This document shows positions 40,844-51,442 of a DNA stretch of 64,000 nucleotides, piece after piece. Source of the DNA: Candidatus Marinacidobacterium sp. (GTDB lineage Bacteria > Acidobacteriota > Vicinamibacteria > Marinacidobacterales > Marinacidobacteraceae); contig OZ242011.1 in assembly GCA_965204755.1 (NCBI GenBank), positions 1,056,001-1,120,000 on the forward strand, given 5' to 3'. The translations under genes were made by a program, and so were the position numbers. Numbering within the stretch: position 1 is the stretch's first letter; every line of letters starts with the position of its first letter. A model generated the notes under the pieces. The model did no database searches. It was given only the letters and a program-made list of their open reading frames with translations, and was not told the origin of the DNA.

Positions 40844-43800
40844 ATGGACGAAACGCGACCCCTGCCGCCACCGCCGGCGGGCGGGGGCCCCCAGCCGGAG
40901 GAGGCCGCCGGCGCCGAGTCCGCGATCGCGGCGACGATCGGCCGCTGGCAGAAAAAACTCCTCCAGTTGGACCGGCGCAACCGGCTGCTCTACTTCCGCG
41001 AAGGCCGTGTCGCGGTCCCGCTGCCAGAAACTTCGCCGGAGCAGATGGCCCAGTGGCTGGACAGTCCTCGGAAGAAGTCGCGGCGCTTCGTCGAACTCGA
41101 CGAGCGTGCCCGCTCCCGGCGTCAAGCCGGGGCGATCCGTACCGGGCTCGAGCCCGCGGAACTCCGGCGGCGGCTGACCGGGCTGCGCCGCCGCAAGCGG
41201 GAATGGCAAGAGGAACAAGGCGTCAATGTGCTGTTCGTCGCTGTCGGCTTCCTCCAGTGGACGGACTTGGACGAAGAACGCGCCTGTTCGCCGCTCGCCC
41301 TCGTCCCCTGCGACCTGATGCGCGCGTCGGTGAGCGGTCCTTGGCGCGTGGAGCCCGTCGGCGATGTCGAGGGGAATCCCACGCTGGCGCACCTGATGAG
41401 GAACAACTTCGATCTCACGCTTCCCGAGTACAAGGAGCAGGGCGTCCCCGATTACCTGGAGGCAGCGCGAGAGGCCGTCGCGCGCAAGGGGGAATGGACG
41501 GTGACGCCGGAAGTCTTTCTCGGCAACTTCGCTTTCTCCAAGATGGCGATGTACGACGACCTGAAACGCATGCGCGAGAACGGCGTGGCCCACCCGCTCA
41601 TCCGGCGGCTCGCCGGGGGCGAACCGAAGGCGGGCGGCGCCGGCACAGATTCCGGTGCCGGCGGCGAGGGGCCCAACCCCCTGCCTCCAGACGAAGATCT
41701 GCCGGGTGGGAGACTCGACGACCTGCTCAAAGTGCGCGACCAGTACACGGTGGAGGACGCCGACTTCAGCCAACTCCGCGCCATCGAGGCGGCCCGCCGA
41801 GGCGACAGCGACCAAGTGATCCACGGCCCTCCCGGAACCGGCAAGAGCCAAACGATCACGAACATCATCGCCTGCCTCTTGGCGGACGGAAAGCGGGTTC
41901 TCTTCGTGAGTGAAAAGACCGCGGCCCTGGATGTAGTCAAGAAGCGGCTCGACGACTGTGGGCTGGGCGTTTTCTGTCTCGACCTCCACAGCGAACGCGG
42001 ACGAAAGAAGTCGGTGTACGAACAGTTGCAGAAGTCGGAGGACAAGTTGAGGGATTCCCGGCGGCGGGTGGACGACGAGTTCCCTTACGACGAACTGGAG
42101 CAGAAGCGGGACGCCCTCAACCGGTTCGTGAGGGCGCTGCACCGAGAGCGCGAACCTCTCGGACGTTCTGTCTTTCGTGTACAGGGCGACTACGCCAAAG
42201 TCCACCACCTCCCCGATGTCGAGTTCGCGGTCGGTGATCTCGCCTCGCTCGACAGGGAACGGTGGAAACGGATCGAAGACGCGTCCCTGAAACTGAGCCG
42301 CCACCTGAAACTCGTCCGGCCGCACGAAGAACGCTGGATCGCCCTCGTCGAGGAGGACGCCTCCCTCGACCTGAGGGATCGAATCCGCACGGCCATGGAT
42401 CAGTTGGGCCAAGCCACCCGCAACGCCCGGAAGGAAGGCACCGCGGCCGCCGAGTGGGTCGGCACCGCGGCACCCAAAACCGTATACGAGTGTTCGAGAC
42501 TGCAGGAAACCTTGGACCACCTGTCCGAAGGTGAGGGAGTGCCGAAAGTCTGGCTCGAGCGCGATGTCCTCCCGCGCCTGGAACGGCTCGCGATCGAGCA
42601 GGAAGAGCGGCAGGGGGAACGCGAGAAACTCGAAGGCGCTACGCGCGGCCTGTTCGGGGAGACGAGACCGGACACGGACTGGGACGACGCGGCGGAGCGT
42701 CTTCGGCGAATCGCGGCGGATGCCCGGGCCTTCACGGAGGTGCTCGGCGCCGACTGGCAGCGCCGAGTGCTACCGAACGCCGCGCAGCGTCTCGAACAGT
42801 GCGGCGCCTTGGAATCGGCGGCGCGAGAGGCAGTTCGGGCTGCCGACAGTCTCGGCAGCCTCCTGCCCGGTGAGCGGCCGAAGACCGGATCCGAGTTTGA
42901 GGCCGCGATCACGGCCGCCGACAGTCTGGTGAATCTCTTTCCGGCACCGTCGCGCTGGTTGCGCCCGAGGGGGCTCGAGGAAGCGCGGAAGTCCCTCGGA
43001 GCGCTGGAGAAAGACCTCAGGGCGCTCGATGAAGTGGAGACGGGACTGTTTGCCGACTTCGACGAAGAGATCCTCGCTGTCGTGAATTGGCCGATGGTCC
43101 AGCGATTCCGGAACGAGTACCGCAGTTGGTCCAGGCGATTCTGGCCCAACTCGCCGTATCGCCGGGACCGGAGGAATCTGCGCGGGGCAGACCGGTCAGC
43201 CAAGAAGCGAGGTTACGAGGACTGGCGACGCGCCGTAGAGCGTGCCTGGGCTCTTCGACTTCTTCGGAACGAATGGAAACGCGAGGCGAAGGCGTTCGAG
43301 ACAGTGTTCGGCGATCGATTCCGGGGCAGGAAGACCGACCCGGAAGCGCTCCGCGGGGCTCTCGACGAGTTCGAAGGACTCTCCAAGCGATGTTTCGACG
43401 ACCCGAAACTGCGGCAGGTGCTGACCGACGAAGGGCGACACGACGAATTGCGGGCACTCCTCCCCAACGCTAAAAATCGCGCCGGCACCTTCCGGGAGAC
43501 CGTGACTGCCCTCGGACTCGCTTCCGTCCCTCCCTCGGCCGTCGCGCCGGCAGGGAAGTGCAACGACTTCGAGGCGTCGCTGGCAGACTTGGCCGACACC
43601 GCATCCCGCGCACTCGACCCGCTGCGAAAACTCGTGGAACTCTTGGACGAAGTCGGTAGCGGATTCCGAACACCCCCGGACGACCTTTCGGTCCTCATGG
43701 AGCGGATCAGGCAGATGGCTGCCCTCGCGCGAGTGGAGCATCAAGACCGCGCCGACGAACCCAAACTCCAAGCGGACTTCGGCCCGAGGTTCACCGGGCC

Positions 43801-45928
43801 GGACACCGATTGGCCGGCGATCCGGGAGGCGATCAACTGGACGAGGCAAGCACTCAGACGGGACTGGCGCCCGCCGAAACCGGCCTACGCTGCGCATCTC
43901 GTGACCCCGCGGAAACCCGATGAATACAAACGCCGAGCCGAGTCCCTCCGCAAGACCGCCCGGGCAGTGGAGAGCCTCCACGAAGCGTCATGCTCCTTCT
44001 TCGACCCGGAGATCCGTCCCTGGCCCGACGGCCGCAACACGCGCTTCGACGACTTGATCGATTGGGCCGACGAATGCTCCCGATCCGCCTCGACCGTGAG
44101 CATGTGGCTGGACTATCGGGACGCCGTGAGGACTCTCGAGGAACTCCTGAGTCCGGGGCTGGTAGACCGGATCCGCCAAGTCACGGACGACGAGAGAAAA
44201 GTGCCCGGAATCATCCGCCGCCGCCTCTGCCGCACCTGGCTGGACGACGCCTACCGCTCAACGCCTGAACTCACCGGTTTCAACCCGACCGATCACACAC
44301 ACCTGCGCTGGGATTTTCGCGAACTCGACAGCAAACAGTTCGAAGCGAGCCGGCAGCGAGTTCAGACGCGTTGCTTCCGAAACTATCCTGACACATCTCT
44401 TTACACCGAGAACCTCAAAATCCTGAGAAAGGAACTCAACAAGACGCGCGGCCAAGAATCGGTGGGAGAGTTGCTCAGCCGCATTCCCGGCGTGATCCAG
44501 GCCCTCAAGCCATGCATGTTGATGAGCCCATTGGCAGTCAGCCAATACCTCAAATGGCGTGACTTGCATTCCGAGCGGATCGAGTTCGACACCGTGATCT
44601 TCGACGAAGCGTCACAGGTCTTCCCCGAGGACGCGGTGCCGGCCATCGCCCGCGCCAAGCGCACGATCCTCGCCGGAGACGCAAGGCAACTCCCGCCGAC
44701 GAACTTCTTCCGGGCGAGCCAAGACGACGAGGAAGACCGCGAGGTGGACGACGAAGACGAGGAAGGCCCTTCCGACCAAATGGAAGGGCAGGAGAGCATC
44801 CTCGATGTCATGCACTCGATGGTGGGCAGCGGCGTCCGAGAGCAGCACCTCACCGTCCACTACCGTAGCCGCCACCAGGACCTGATTCGGTACTCCAACC
44901 ACCACTTCTACGACAACCGCTTGCTGGTCTTTCCGAGTCCCGGCCGCGACACTTCCCTCGGGATGCGTGATGTCGCGGTTCCCGAAGGTCGCTACGAGGC
45001 CGGCGCTTCGCGCACGAACCCCATCGAGGCGGAGAAGGTCGTAGATCTCGTGTTCGAAACCATGGAGACCAGCCTCCCGAACGAGAGCGTCGGCGTCGTC
45101 GCGCTCTCGAGGGCGCAGGCGGGCCTGATAGACAGGCTGGTGATGCAGCGCCGCCTCGAACGCCGCGACCTCGACGACCGCTTCAGCGAGTCAGCGCACG
45201 AACGGTTCTTCGTCAAGAACCTGGAGAATGTCCAAGGCGACGAGCGCGACCACATCATCCTGAGCATCGGCTACGGTCCCACACTCGGATCGGAACGCCC
45301 GCCGCAACGATTCGGTCCCATCAACCAGGAAGGGGGCAAGCGGCGCCTCAATGTCGCTGTCACCCGTGCGCGCCGAACGATGACCTTGGTGCACTCCCTG
45401 CGCGCCGACCAGATCTCGGAGCACTCGCGGACAGACGGCCCGCGGTTGCTCAAGCGCTATCTCGAGTACGCCGCCAACCCCCGCCAAGCGTTCGAGCAGG
45501 AGGCGACCGACGATCCGGACGCGGAACCGGAGTCCCCGTTCGAGGCGGCGGTACTCAAGGCACTTCGTAGCCGAAGACACCAAGTCGTACCCCAAGTCGG
45601 CGTGTCCGGTTACCGGATAGATCTCGGGATTCGAGCCGAGAGCGGCGCCGGTTTCGACTTGGGCATCGAATGCGACGGCGCCCGGTACCACAGCGCGCCG
45701 GCGGCCCGGGATCGCGACCGCATCCGGCAGGATGTACTCGAAGGCTTGGGCTGGACGATCCACCGCGTCTGGTCCACCGCTTGGGCGCGGAATCCGGACG
45801 AGGAACTCCAGAAGATCGAGACAGCCCTCGAGAAGGCCCGGTTCCAAAACTCGCTCAACTGGGACGAACTGATGGGGGATGTGAGTAAGCAGCTGAAGGA
45901 CCACGACGCCGACCCCGATCCCCAGTAG
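40844..45928 (+). CDS. DUF4011-SF1 helicase-Vsr/MTES_1575-like nuclease (Hhe-like defence protein)
   Basis: WQKKLLQLDRRNRLL, GPPGTGKSQTI, FDEASQ, GDARQLPP, HYRS, VQGDERD, RRLNVAVTRAR; ESPFE...RIDLG..IECDG..YH..RDR.RQ..L...GW. Confidence 0.88.
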   Translation: MDETRPLPPPPAGGGPQPEEAAGAESAIAATIGRWQKKLLQLDRRNRLLYFREGRVAVPLPETSPEQMAQWLDSPRKKSRRFVELDERARSRRQAGAIRTGLEPAELRRRLTGLRRRKREWQEEQGVNVLFVAVGFLQWTDLDEERACSPLALVPCDLMRASVSGPWRVEPVGDVEGNPTLAHLMRNNFDLTLPEYKEQGVPDYLEAAREAVARKGEWTVTPEVFLGNFAFSKMAMYDDLKRMRENGVAHPLIRRLAGGEPKAGGAGTDSGAGGEGPNPLPPDEDLPGGRLDDLLKVRDQYTVEDADFSQLRAIEAARRGDSDQVIHGPPGTGKSQTITNIIACLLADGKRVLFVSEKTAALDVVKKRLDDCGLGVFCLDLHSERGRKKSVYEQLQKSEDKLRDSRRRVDDEFPYDELEQKRDALNRFVRALHREREPLGRSVFRVQGDYAKVHHLPDVEFAVGDLASLDRERWKRIEDASLKLSRHLKLVRPHEERWIALVEEDASLDLRDRIRTAMDQLGQATRNARKEGTAAAEWVGTAAPKTVYECSRLQETLDHLSEGEGVPKVWLERDVLPRLERLAIEQEERQGEREKLEGATRGLFGETRPDTDWDDAAERLRRIAADARAFTEVLGADWQRRVLPNAAQRLEQCGALESAAREAVRAADSLGSLLPGERPKTGSEFEAAITAADSLVNLFPAPSRWLRPRGLEEARKSLGALEKDLRALDEVETGLFADFDEEILAVVNWPMVQRFRNEYRSWSRRFWPNSPYRRDRRNLRGADRSAKKRGYEDWRRAVERAWALRLLRNEWKREAKAFETVFGDRFRGRKTDPEALRGALDEFEGLSKRCFDDPKLRQVLTDEGRHDELRALLPNAKNRAGTFRETVTALGLASVPPSAVAPAGKCNDFEASLADLADTASRALDPLRKLVELLDEVGSGFRTPPDDLSVLMERIRQMAALARVEHQDRADEPKLQADFGPRFTGPDTDWPAIREAINWTRQALRRDWRPPKPAYAAHLVTPRKPDEYKRRAESLRKTARAVESLHEASCSFFDPEIRPWPDGRNTRFDDLIDWADECSRSASTVSMWLDYRDAVRTLEELLSPGLVDRIRQVTDDERKVPGIIRRRLCRTWLDDAYRSTPELTGFNPTDHTHLRWDFRELDSKQFEASRQRVQTRCFRNYPDTSLYTENLKILRKELNKTRGQESVGELLSRIPGVIQALKPCMLMSPLAVSQYLKWRDLHSERIEFDTVIFDEASQVFPEDAVPAIARAKRTILAGDARQLPPTNFFRASQDDEEDREVDDEDEEGPSDQMEGQESILDVMHSMVGSGVREQHLTVHYRSRHQDLIRYSNHHFYDNRLLVFPSPGRDTSLGMRDVAVPEGRYEAGASRTNPIEAEKVVDLVFETMETSLPNESVGVVALSRAQAGLIDRLVMQRRLERRDLDDRFSESAHERFFVKNLENVQGDERDHIILSIGYGPTLGSERPPQRFGPINQEGGKRRLNVAVTRARRTMTLVHSLRADQISEHSRTDGPRLLKRYLEYAANPRQAFEQEATDDPDAEPESPFEAAVLKALRSRRHQVVPQVGVSGYRIDLGIRAESGAGFDLGIECDGARYHSAPAARDRDRIRQDVLEGLGWTIHRVWSTAWARNPDEELQKIETALEKARFQNSLNWDELMGDVSKQLKDHDADPDPQ

Positions 45929-46421
45929 CCGCAGATGCCGACGGCCCGACGGGCTCGCCACGCGAGGCGGACGCCTCCGAGAAGTGGGCGGGAGCGGAGA
46001 CGGGGCGCCTTCAAGGCTTGCGGTGCTGCGCCGTCCGGTGACATCACGGTAGGCCCAAGTCTCCTCTCGGACATGCCTGCCTCCCTTCGGCGGCTCGTGT
46101 GGCGAAGGCCCGATCCACGAAGCGCTGGTTGTGGCGCCCATCGGTGGCCGCCACGGCATCCGACGCGCTGGGGAGCGGATGGTCGCTCGCATTGAGAGGG
46201 TGATGCCGAGAGGAGCCCCACCGGCTCGGAACCTCCCGCCGCCGGCGGGCAGGCGCGACGGGCGGAGCGCGGCCACACGCTCCAGCGAGGCGGGGCCGGG
46301 CGCCACACTCCCAGCCGCTCCGGCCGCCTGCGAACGAGCGGGGACGCCCTGGTCGCCGCCGACGCGTAAGCGGCCCCCTCCCCGGCTCCCGTAGAATCGC
46401 CCCTTCCGGAGGAACCCGGTC

Positions 46422-48212
46422 ATGGCAGAAATCGGAACGCTGAACCAACTGCTCAGGCAGGCCTGCGAGCGGAAGGGCGACGGCCCGGCGCTCCTGCACA
46501 AGAGCGGCGGCGAGTGGAAGACGGTCACCGGAAGCGGCTGGCTGGACGAAGCCCGCGACGCCGCCATGGGGCTCGCCGCGCAGGGCGTCGGCCGGGGCGA
46601 CCGGGTGGTGCTGCTCTCGGAGAACCGCGTGGAGTGGTTCACCATCGAGGCGGCGCTCCAGATCCTCGGCGCGGTCACCGTCCCGATCTACCCGACCCTG
46701 ACCGCCAAGCAGGCCGCCTACATCGCCCGGGACTCCGGCGCGAAGGCGCTCATCGCCGGCGGCGCCGACCAGCAGGCCAAGTTGGCCTCGGTGATGGGCG
46801 ACCTCCCCGACGCGAGCGTCCGCATCGGCCTCGACGCCCCCCTCGCCGAAGGCTTCTCCGGCAGCGACTGGGCCTCCGTCCGGGAAGCCGGCCGAGCCGC
46901 CCGCAAGGCCGACCCCGAAGGCCCGGAGAAGTCCGCCGCCGCCGTCCAACCGGACGACCTGGCCACGATCATCTACACATCGGGCACCACCGGGAACCCG
47001 AAGGGCGTGATGCTCACCCAGGCGAACCTGGTGCAAAACGCCCTGGTCTCGGCGAAGGTGCTCGCCTTCCGGGAAGACGACCTGGCGATGTCGGTGCTGC
47101 CGTACAGCCATGTCTTCGCCCGCATGGTGGCGCACTACCTCTACCCGCACTGCGGCGTCCCCATCGCCATCGCCGAGAGCATGGACAAACTGGTCGAGAA
47201 CATCGGCGAAGTGAAGCCGACGATCATGGCCTGCGTGCCGCGCTTCTACGAGAAGATGCGCGACCGGGTGCTCGAGTCGGCGGCCGCCGGCAGCCCGCTG
47301 AAGCAGAAGATCTTCCACTGGGCCTTCCGCGTGGGCCACGAGATGGGCCGTTGCCGCCAGGAGGGCGAAACCCCCGGCGCCGGGCTCCGCTTCCGCTACG
47401 GCGTGGCGACGAAACTGGTCTTCTCCAAACTGCACGCGCGCCTCGGCGGCCGGATGCGGCTCTTCGTCTCCGGCGGCGCGGCGCTTCCCCGGGAAGTCGC
47501 CGAGTTCTTCCTGGCCGCCGGCTGGCTGGTCATCGAGGGTTACGGCCTGACCGAGACCAGCCCGGTCATCGCGGTGAACCGCCCGGACGACTTCCGCTTC
47601 GGCACCGTCGGCAAGACCGTCGAAGGCGTGGAAGTGAAGATCGCCGACGACGGCGAGATCCTCTGCCGGGGCCACAATGTCATGAAGGGCTACTACGGCG
47701 ACCGGACGGCCACCGACGAAGTGGTCCGCGACGGCTGGTTCCATACCGGCGATGTCGGCGAAGTGGATTCGGACGGTTTCCTCCGCATCACCGACCGCAA
47801 GAAGGACCTGCTGGTGACCGCCGGCGGCAAGAATGTCGCGCCGCAGCCGATCGAGGGCGTCATCAAGACCAGCCCGGTGATCGCCGAAGCGGTCATGGTC
47901 GGTGACGGCAAGCCCTACCTCTCGGCGCTCATCGCCCCCGACTTCGAGCAACTCAAGACCTGGTGCGAGGAAAACGGCGTCGAAACCGCGTCCTCCGAGG
48001 CCATGGCGGGGAACGAGAAGGTGCAGGCGCACCTGATGGCGGAAGTCGAACGGCTGGGCGGGGACCTGGCTTCGTTCGAACGCGTCAAGAAGATCGCGGT
48101 GCTCGCGGACACCTTCTCCATCGAGGGCGGCGAACTCACGCCGACGCTGAAGGTGAAGCGGCGCGTGGTCACCGAGCGCTACGCCGACCGGATCGAAGCC
48201 CTGTACTCCTGA
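46422..48212 (+). CDS. fadD: Long-chain fatty acid-CoA ligase
   Basis: IIYTSGTTGNPKG, EGYGLTETSP, GWFHTGD, ITDRKKD, ELTPTLK; TAGAAT -10 at 46392 and GGAGG RBS. Confidence 0.9.
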   Translation: MAEIGTLNQLLRQACERKGDGPALLHKSGGEWKTVTGSGWLDEARDAAMGLAAQGVGRGDRVVLLSENRVEWFTIEAALQILGAVTVPIYPTLTAKQAAYIARDSGAKALIAGGADQQAKLASVMGDLPDASVRIGLDAPLAEGFSGSDWASVREAGRAARKADPEGPEKSAAAVQPDDLATIIYTSGTTGNPKGVMLTQANLVQNALVSAKVLAFREDDLAMSVLPYSHVFARMVAHYLYPHCGVPIAIAESMDKLVENIGEVKPTIMACVPRFYEKMRDRVLESAAAGSPLKQKIFHWAFRVGHEMGRCRQEGETPGAGLRFRYGVATKLVFSKLHARLGGRMRLFVSGGAALPREVAEFFLAAGWLVIEGYGLTETSPVIAVNRPDDFRFGTVGKTVEGVEVKIADDGEILCRGHNVMKGYYGDRTATDEVVRDGWFHTGDVGEVDSDGFLRITDRKKDLLVTAGGKNVAPQPIEGVIKTSPVIAEAVMVGDGKPYLSALIAPDFEQLKTWCEENGVETASSEAMAGNEKVQAHLMAEVERLGGDLASFERVKKIAVLADTFSIEGGELTPTLKVKRRVVTERYADRIEALYS

Positions 48213-48242
48213 TTCCCCGGCCCGGAGCGCGCGCGGCGACGA

Positions 48243-49793
48243 ATGGCCACGGCGCCCGACCGTTGGGAAACGGTCATCGGGCTGGAGGTCCATGTCCAAC
48301 TGCGGACGCGGACCAAACTGTTCTGCGGCTGCCCGAACGCCTTCGGCGCCCGGCCGAACGCCCACCTCTGCCCGGTCTGTTACGGCCTTCCCGGCGCGCT
48401 CCCGGTCCCGAACCGGCGGGCGGTGGAACTCGCGGTGCTCGCCGCGCTGGCGCTCAACTGCGAGATCCCCGACGAATCGGTCTTCGAGCGGAAGAACTAC
48501 TTCTACCCGGACCTGCCGAAGGGATACCAGGTCACGCAATTCGAGCGTCCCATCGCGGTGGACGGCTGGCTCTCCATACGGACGGACGGCCCCGACGGCG
48601 GGGAAGAACGCGAACCCCGGCGGATCGGCATCCACCGGGTGCAACTCGAAGAAGACGCCGGCAAACTCATCCATACCGGTTTCCCCGGCGCCGAGGACAA
48701 GAGCGGCGTGGACTTCAACCGCGCCGGCGTGCCGCTCATCGAAGTGGTGAGCCGGCCGGACCTCCGCTCGGCGGAGGAGGCCGGGGCGTACGCGCGGCTC
48801 CTGAAGTCGCGCATGGTCTTCGCCGGCATCTCGGACGCGGACATGGAGAAGGGGAACCTGCGGATCGACGGCAACATCTCCGTGCGTGAACGGGACGGCA
48901 GCGAAAACGGTGGGGAAGACGGCGGGAAACTCGGCGCTCGCGTCGAACTCAAGAACCTGAACTCGTTCCGCTACCTGGAGCGGGCGATCCGCTTCGAGGA
49001 GGAACGCCACCGGTCGCTCCTCGCGCGCGGCGAACCGGTCGCGGTGGAAACGCGCCTCTACGACGAGTCCAAGGGCCGGACCGAAGCGATGCGGAGCAAG
49101 GAAGAGGCGGAGGACTACCGCTACTTCCCCGACCCGGACCTGCCGCCGCTCCGACTCCCCGCCGGTCTCGTGGACGAGCAGCGGCGCCGTCTGCCGGAGT
49201 TCCCCGACGAACGCGCCGCCCGGTACCGCTCGGAGCACGGCGTCGCCGCCGACCAGGCGGAACGGATCGCCGCCCGCCGGGAGATCGCCGAGTACTACGA
49301 GACCGCGCTCGCCGCCGCGGTCGAAGCGGGATCCCCGACTCGGGAGGCGGCGGCCACCGCGGCGCGCTGGGTCACCGGCGATGTCGTCGCCCGGGAGAAA
49401 CAGGACGGCCGGCTGGCGGTGGACCCCGCCCGCCTCGGGCGGCTCCTCCACCTCCGGACCGCGGAGGAGATTCCCCGGAGCGCCGCCCGGAAGGTCTTCG
49501 CCGCGATGTGCGAGACCGGCCGCGAAGCCTCCGACCTGATCGCGGAACTCGGACTCGACGAGGCCGCGGGGGGCTCCGAACTCGACGCGCTGGCCGCCCG
49601 GCTGGCTGCGGAACACCCGGCGGATCGGGATTCGTACCGCGCGGGCAACCGCAAGGCCATCGGCGCCTTCATGGGCCGCGCGATGCGCGAACTGGGAGGA
49701 CGCGCCGCCGCCCGGGAGGTGCGCGCCGCGCTGGAGCGGGCGCTCGCCCGGGACGACGACCTGCCGCCCCCGGAGGGGGCCGGCGGCGAGTGA
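48243..49793 (+). CDS. gatB: Asp/Glu-tRNA amidotransferase subunit B
   Basis: IGLEVHVQL, CPVC.GLPG, RKNYFYPDLPKGYQ, LEEDAGK, MRSKEEAEDYRYFPDPDL. Confidence 0.95.
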   Translation: MATAPDRWETVIGLEVHVQLRTRTKLFCGCPNAFGARPNAHLCPVCYGLPGALPVPNRRAVELAVLAALALNCEIPDESVFERKNYFYPDLPKGYQVTQFERPIAVDGWLSIRTDGPDGGEEREPRRIGIHRVQLEEDAGKLIHTGFPGAEDKSGVDFNRAGVPLIEVVSRPDLRSAEEAGAYARLLKSRMVFAGISDADMEKGNLRIDGNISVRERDGSENGGEDGGKLGARVELKNLNSFRYLERAIRFEEERHRSLLARGEPVAVETRLYDESKGRTEAMRSKEEAEDYRYFPDPDLPPLRLPAGLVDEQRRRLPEFPDERAARYRSEHGVAADQAERIAARREIAEYYETALAAAVEAGSPTREAAATAARWVTGDVVAREKQDGRLAVDPARLGRLLHLRTAEEIPRSAARKVFAAMCETGREASDLIAELGLDEAAGGSELDALAARLAAEHPADRDSYRAGNRKAIGAFMGRAMRELGGRAAAREVRAALERALARDDDLPPPEGAGGE

Positions 49794-50458
49794 GTCGGGA
49801 GACCGACGCCGGCGAAGAACCGGCGGGACCGCCGAGGCCCCTGGCCCTGATCGCCGGCTGGACCTGCTCCGGCAAGACCCGGTTCGCCCGGGCCCTCGCC
49901 GAGGAACTCCGCCCGGCGACCGCCGCCGTCCTCTCCCAGGACGACTACTACCGGGACACCTCGCACCTCACCCACGCCGAGAAGGTGCGCGTGAACCACG
50001 ACCTGCCGGAGGCCCTCGACCTGACGCTCTTCGCCGAGCACCTGGCGACGCTCTGCGCCGGCGGAGGCGTCCCCCGGCTGGCCTACGACTTCGCCACCGG
50101 CGCGCGCCGCGCCGAGGGGAAGCGCGGCCCCGCCGACTTCGTGATCGCCGAGGGCGTCCGGGTGTTCCGGCTCGCGCCGCCCGCCCACCGACCGGTCCTC
50201 CGGGTGCTGCTGGAAGGCGCCCCGGAGCGCCTCCTCGCCCGCCGGATCCGGCGCGACACCGGCGAGCGCGGCTACACCGAGGCGGAGACCCGCCGCCGAT
50301 TCGCCGAGATGGCCCTCCCCGCCCAGCGCCACGCCCTCTCCGGCGCCGAAGCCGCGGCGGACTTCGTGTTCCCGATGGACTGGGGCGACGCCGAGGTCGC
50401 CGCCGCCGCCAACCGCCTCGCCGGCGATACTTCGCGCCCCGACCGGCCCCGGGCCTGA
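49790..50458 (+). CDS. Uridine kinase-like P-loop kinase
   Basis: AGWTCSGKT, LSQDDYY, NHDLPEALD, RRIRRD..ERG; GTGA overlap with gatB. Confidence 0.75.
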   Translation: MSRETDAGEEPAGPPRPLALIAGWTCSGKTRFARALAEELRPATAAVLSQDDYYRDTSHLTHAEKVRVNHDLPEALDLTLFAEHLATLCAGGGVPRLAYDFATGARRAEGKRGPADFVIAEGVRVFRLAPPAHRPVLRVLLEGAPERLLARRIRRDTGERGYTEAETRRRFAEMALPAQRHALSGAEAAADFVFPMDWGDAEVAAAANRLAGDTSRPDRPRA

Positions 50459-50602
50459 GCGCCGCCGGCCCCCCGGCCCGCGCGCCGCCGACCCCCCAGC
50501 CCGCGCGCCGCCGGCCCCACCCGCCCGAGCACCCCCAGCCCGCCCGGCCGACGAAGGCCCGGCGCGCGCCCCGACATTCCCCCCACCGGGAAGGAACCCA
50601 CA

Positions 50603-51442
50603 GTGAGCGACGACCGCATCCTGCGCATCGGGCACAGCCCGGACCCCGACGACGCCTTCATGTTCTGCGCGCTGGCCAAGGGCGCGGTCCGCATCCGCGA
50701 CTACCAGGTCGAACATGTCCTCGAAGACATCGAGAGCCTGAACGACCGCGCCGCGAACGCCGAACTCCCGGTGACCGCGATCTCCGCGCACGCCTACCTC
50801 ACGGTCGGGCGCCACTACCGGATCATGGCCACCGGGGCGAGCATGGGCGAGGGCTACGGCCCCGTGGTGGTCAGCCGCGAACCGGGCGAACTCTCCGACC
50901 TGGCGGGCCGCCGGGTGGCGATCCCCGGCCCCCGCACCACCGCGGCGCTCCTCGCCCGCTGCTACATCGGCGCGTTCGAACCGGTCGTCGTCCCCTTCGA
51001 CCGCATCCTGCAGACGGTCCGCGGCGGCGGCGCCGACGCCGGCGTCGTGATCCACGAAGGCCAACTCACCTACGCCGCCGAGGGCTTCCACCTCCGCTCC
51101 GACTTCGGCGTCCGCTTCCGGGACGAAACCGGCCTCCCCCTCCCCCTCGGCCTCGATGTGGTCCGCCGCGACCTCGGCCGGGACTTCGCCGTCGAAGTGA
51201 ACCGCGCCATGCGCGAGAGCATCGCCTGGGCCTACGACAACGAGGAAGAGGCCCTCGACTACGCCCTCGAATTCGGCCGCGGCCTCGACCGCGAACTCGG
51301 CCGCAAGTTCGTGAAGATGTATGTGTCCGACCTCACGAAGGACATGGGAGACGCCGGCGAAGCCGCCCTCCGCACCCTCTTCTCCATGGCCGAACGCGCC
51401 GGCGTCGTCCCCTCCGCCCCGGACTTCGAACTAGTCCGCTGA
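50603..51442 (+). CDS. mqnD: 1,4-dihydroxy-6-naphthoate synthase (futalosine pathway)
   Basis: GHSPDPDDAFMF, GYGP, PGPRTTA, IHEGQLTY, LPLPLG, MYV. Confidence 0.9.
   Translation: MSDDRILRIGHSPDPDDAFMFCALAKGAVRIRDYQVEHVLEDIESLNDRAANAELPVTAISAHAYLTVGRHYRIMATGASMGEGYGPVVVSREPGELSDLAGRRVAIPGPRTTAALLARCYIGAFEPVVVPFDRILQTVRGGGADAGVVIHEGQLTYAAEGFHLRSDFGVRFRDETGLPLPLGLDVVRRDLGRDFAVEVNRAMRESIAWAYDNEEEALDYALEFGRGLDRELGRKFVKMYVSDLTKDMGDAGEAALRTLFSMAERAGVVPSAPDFELVR

Noticed and set aside
45929-46390. ~460-bp intergenic stretch after the helicase as a gene remnant or ncRNA
   Set aside because: No recognisable motif in any frame and no clear structure or repeat.
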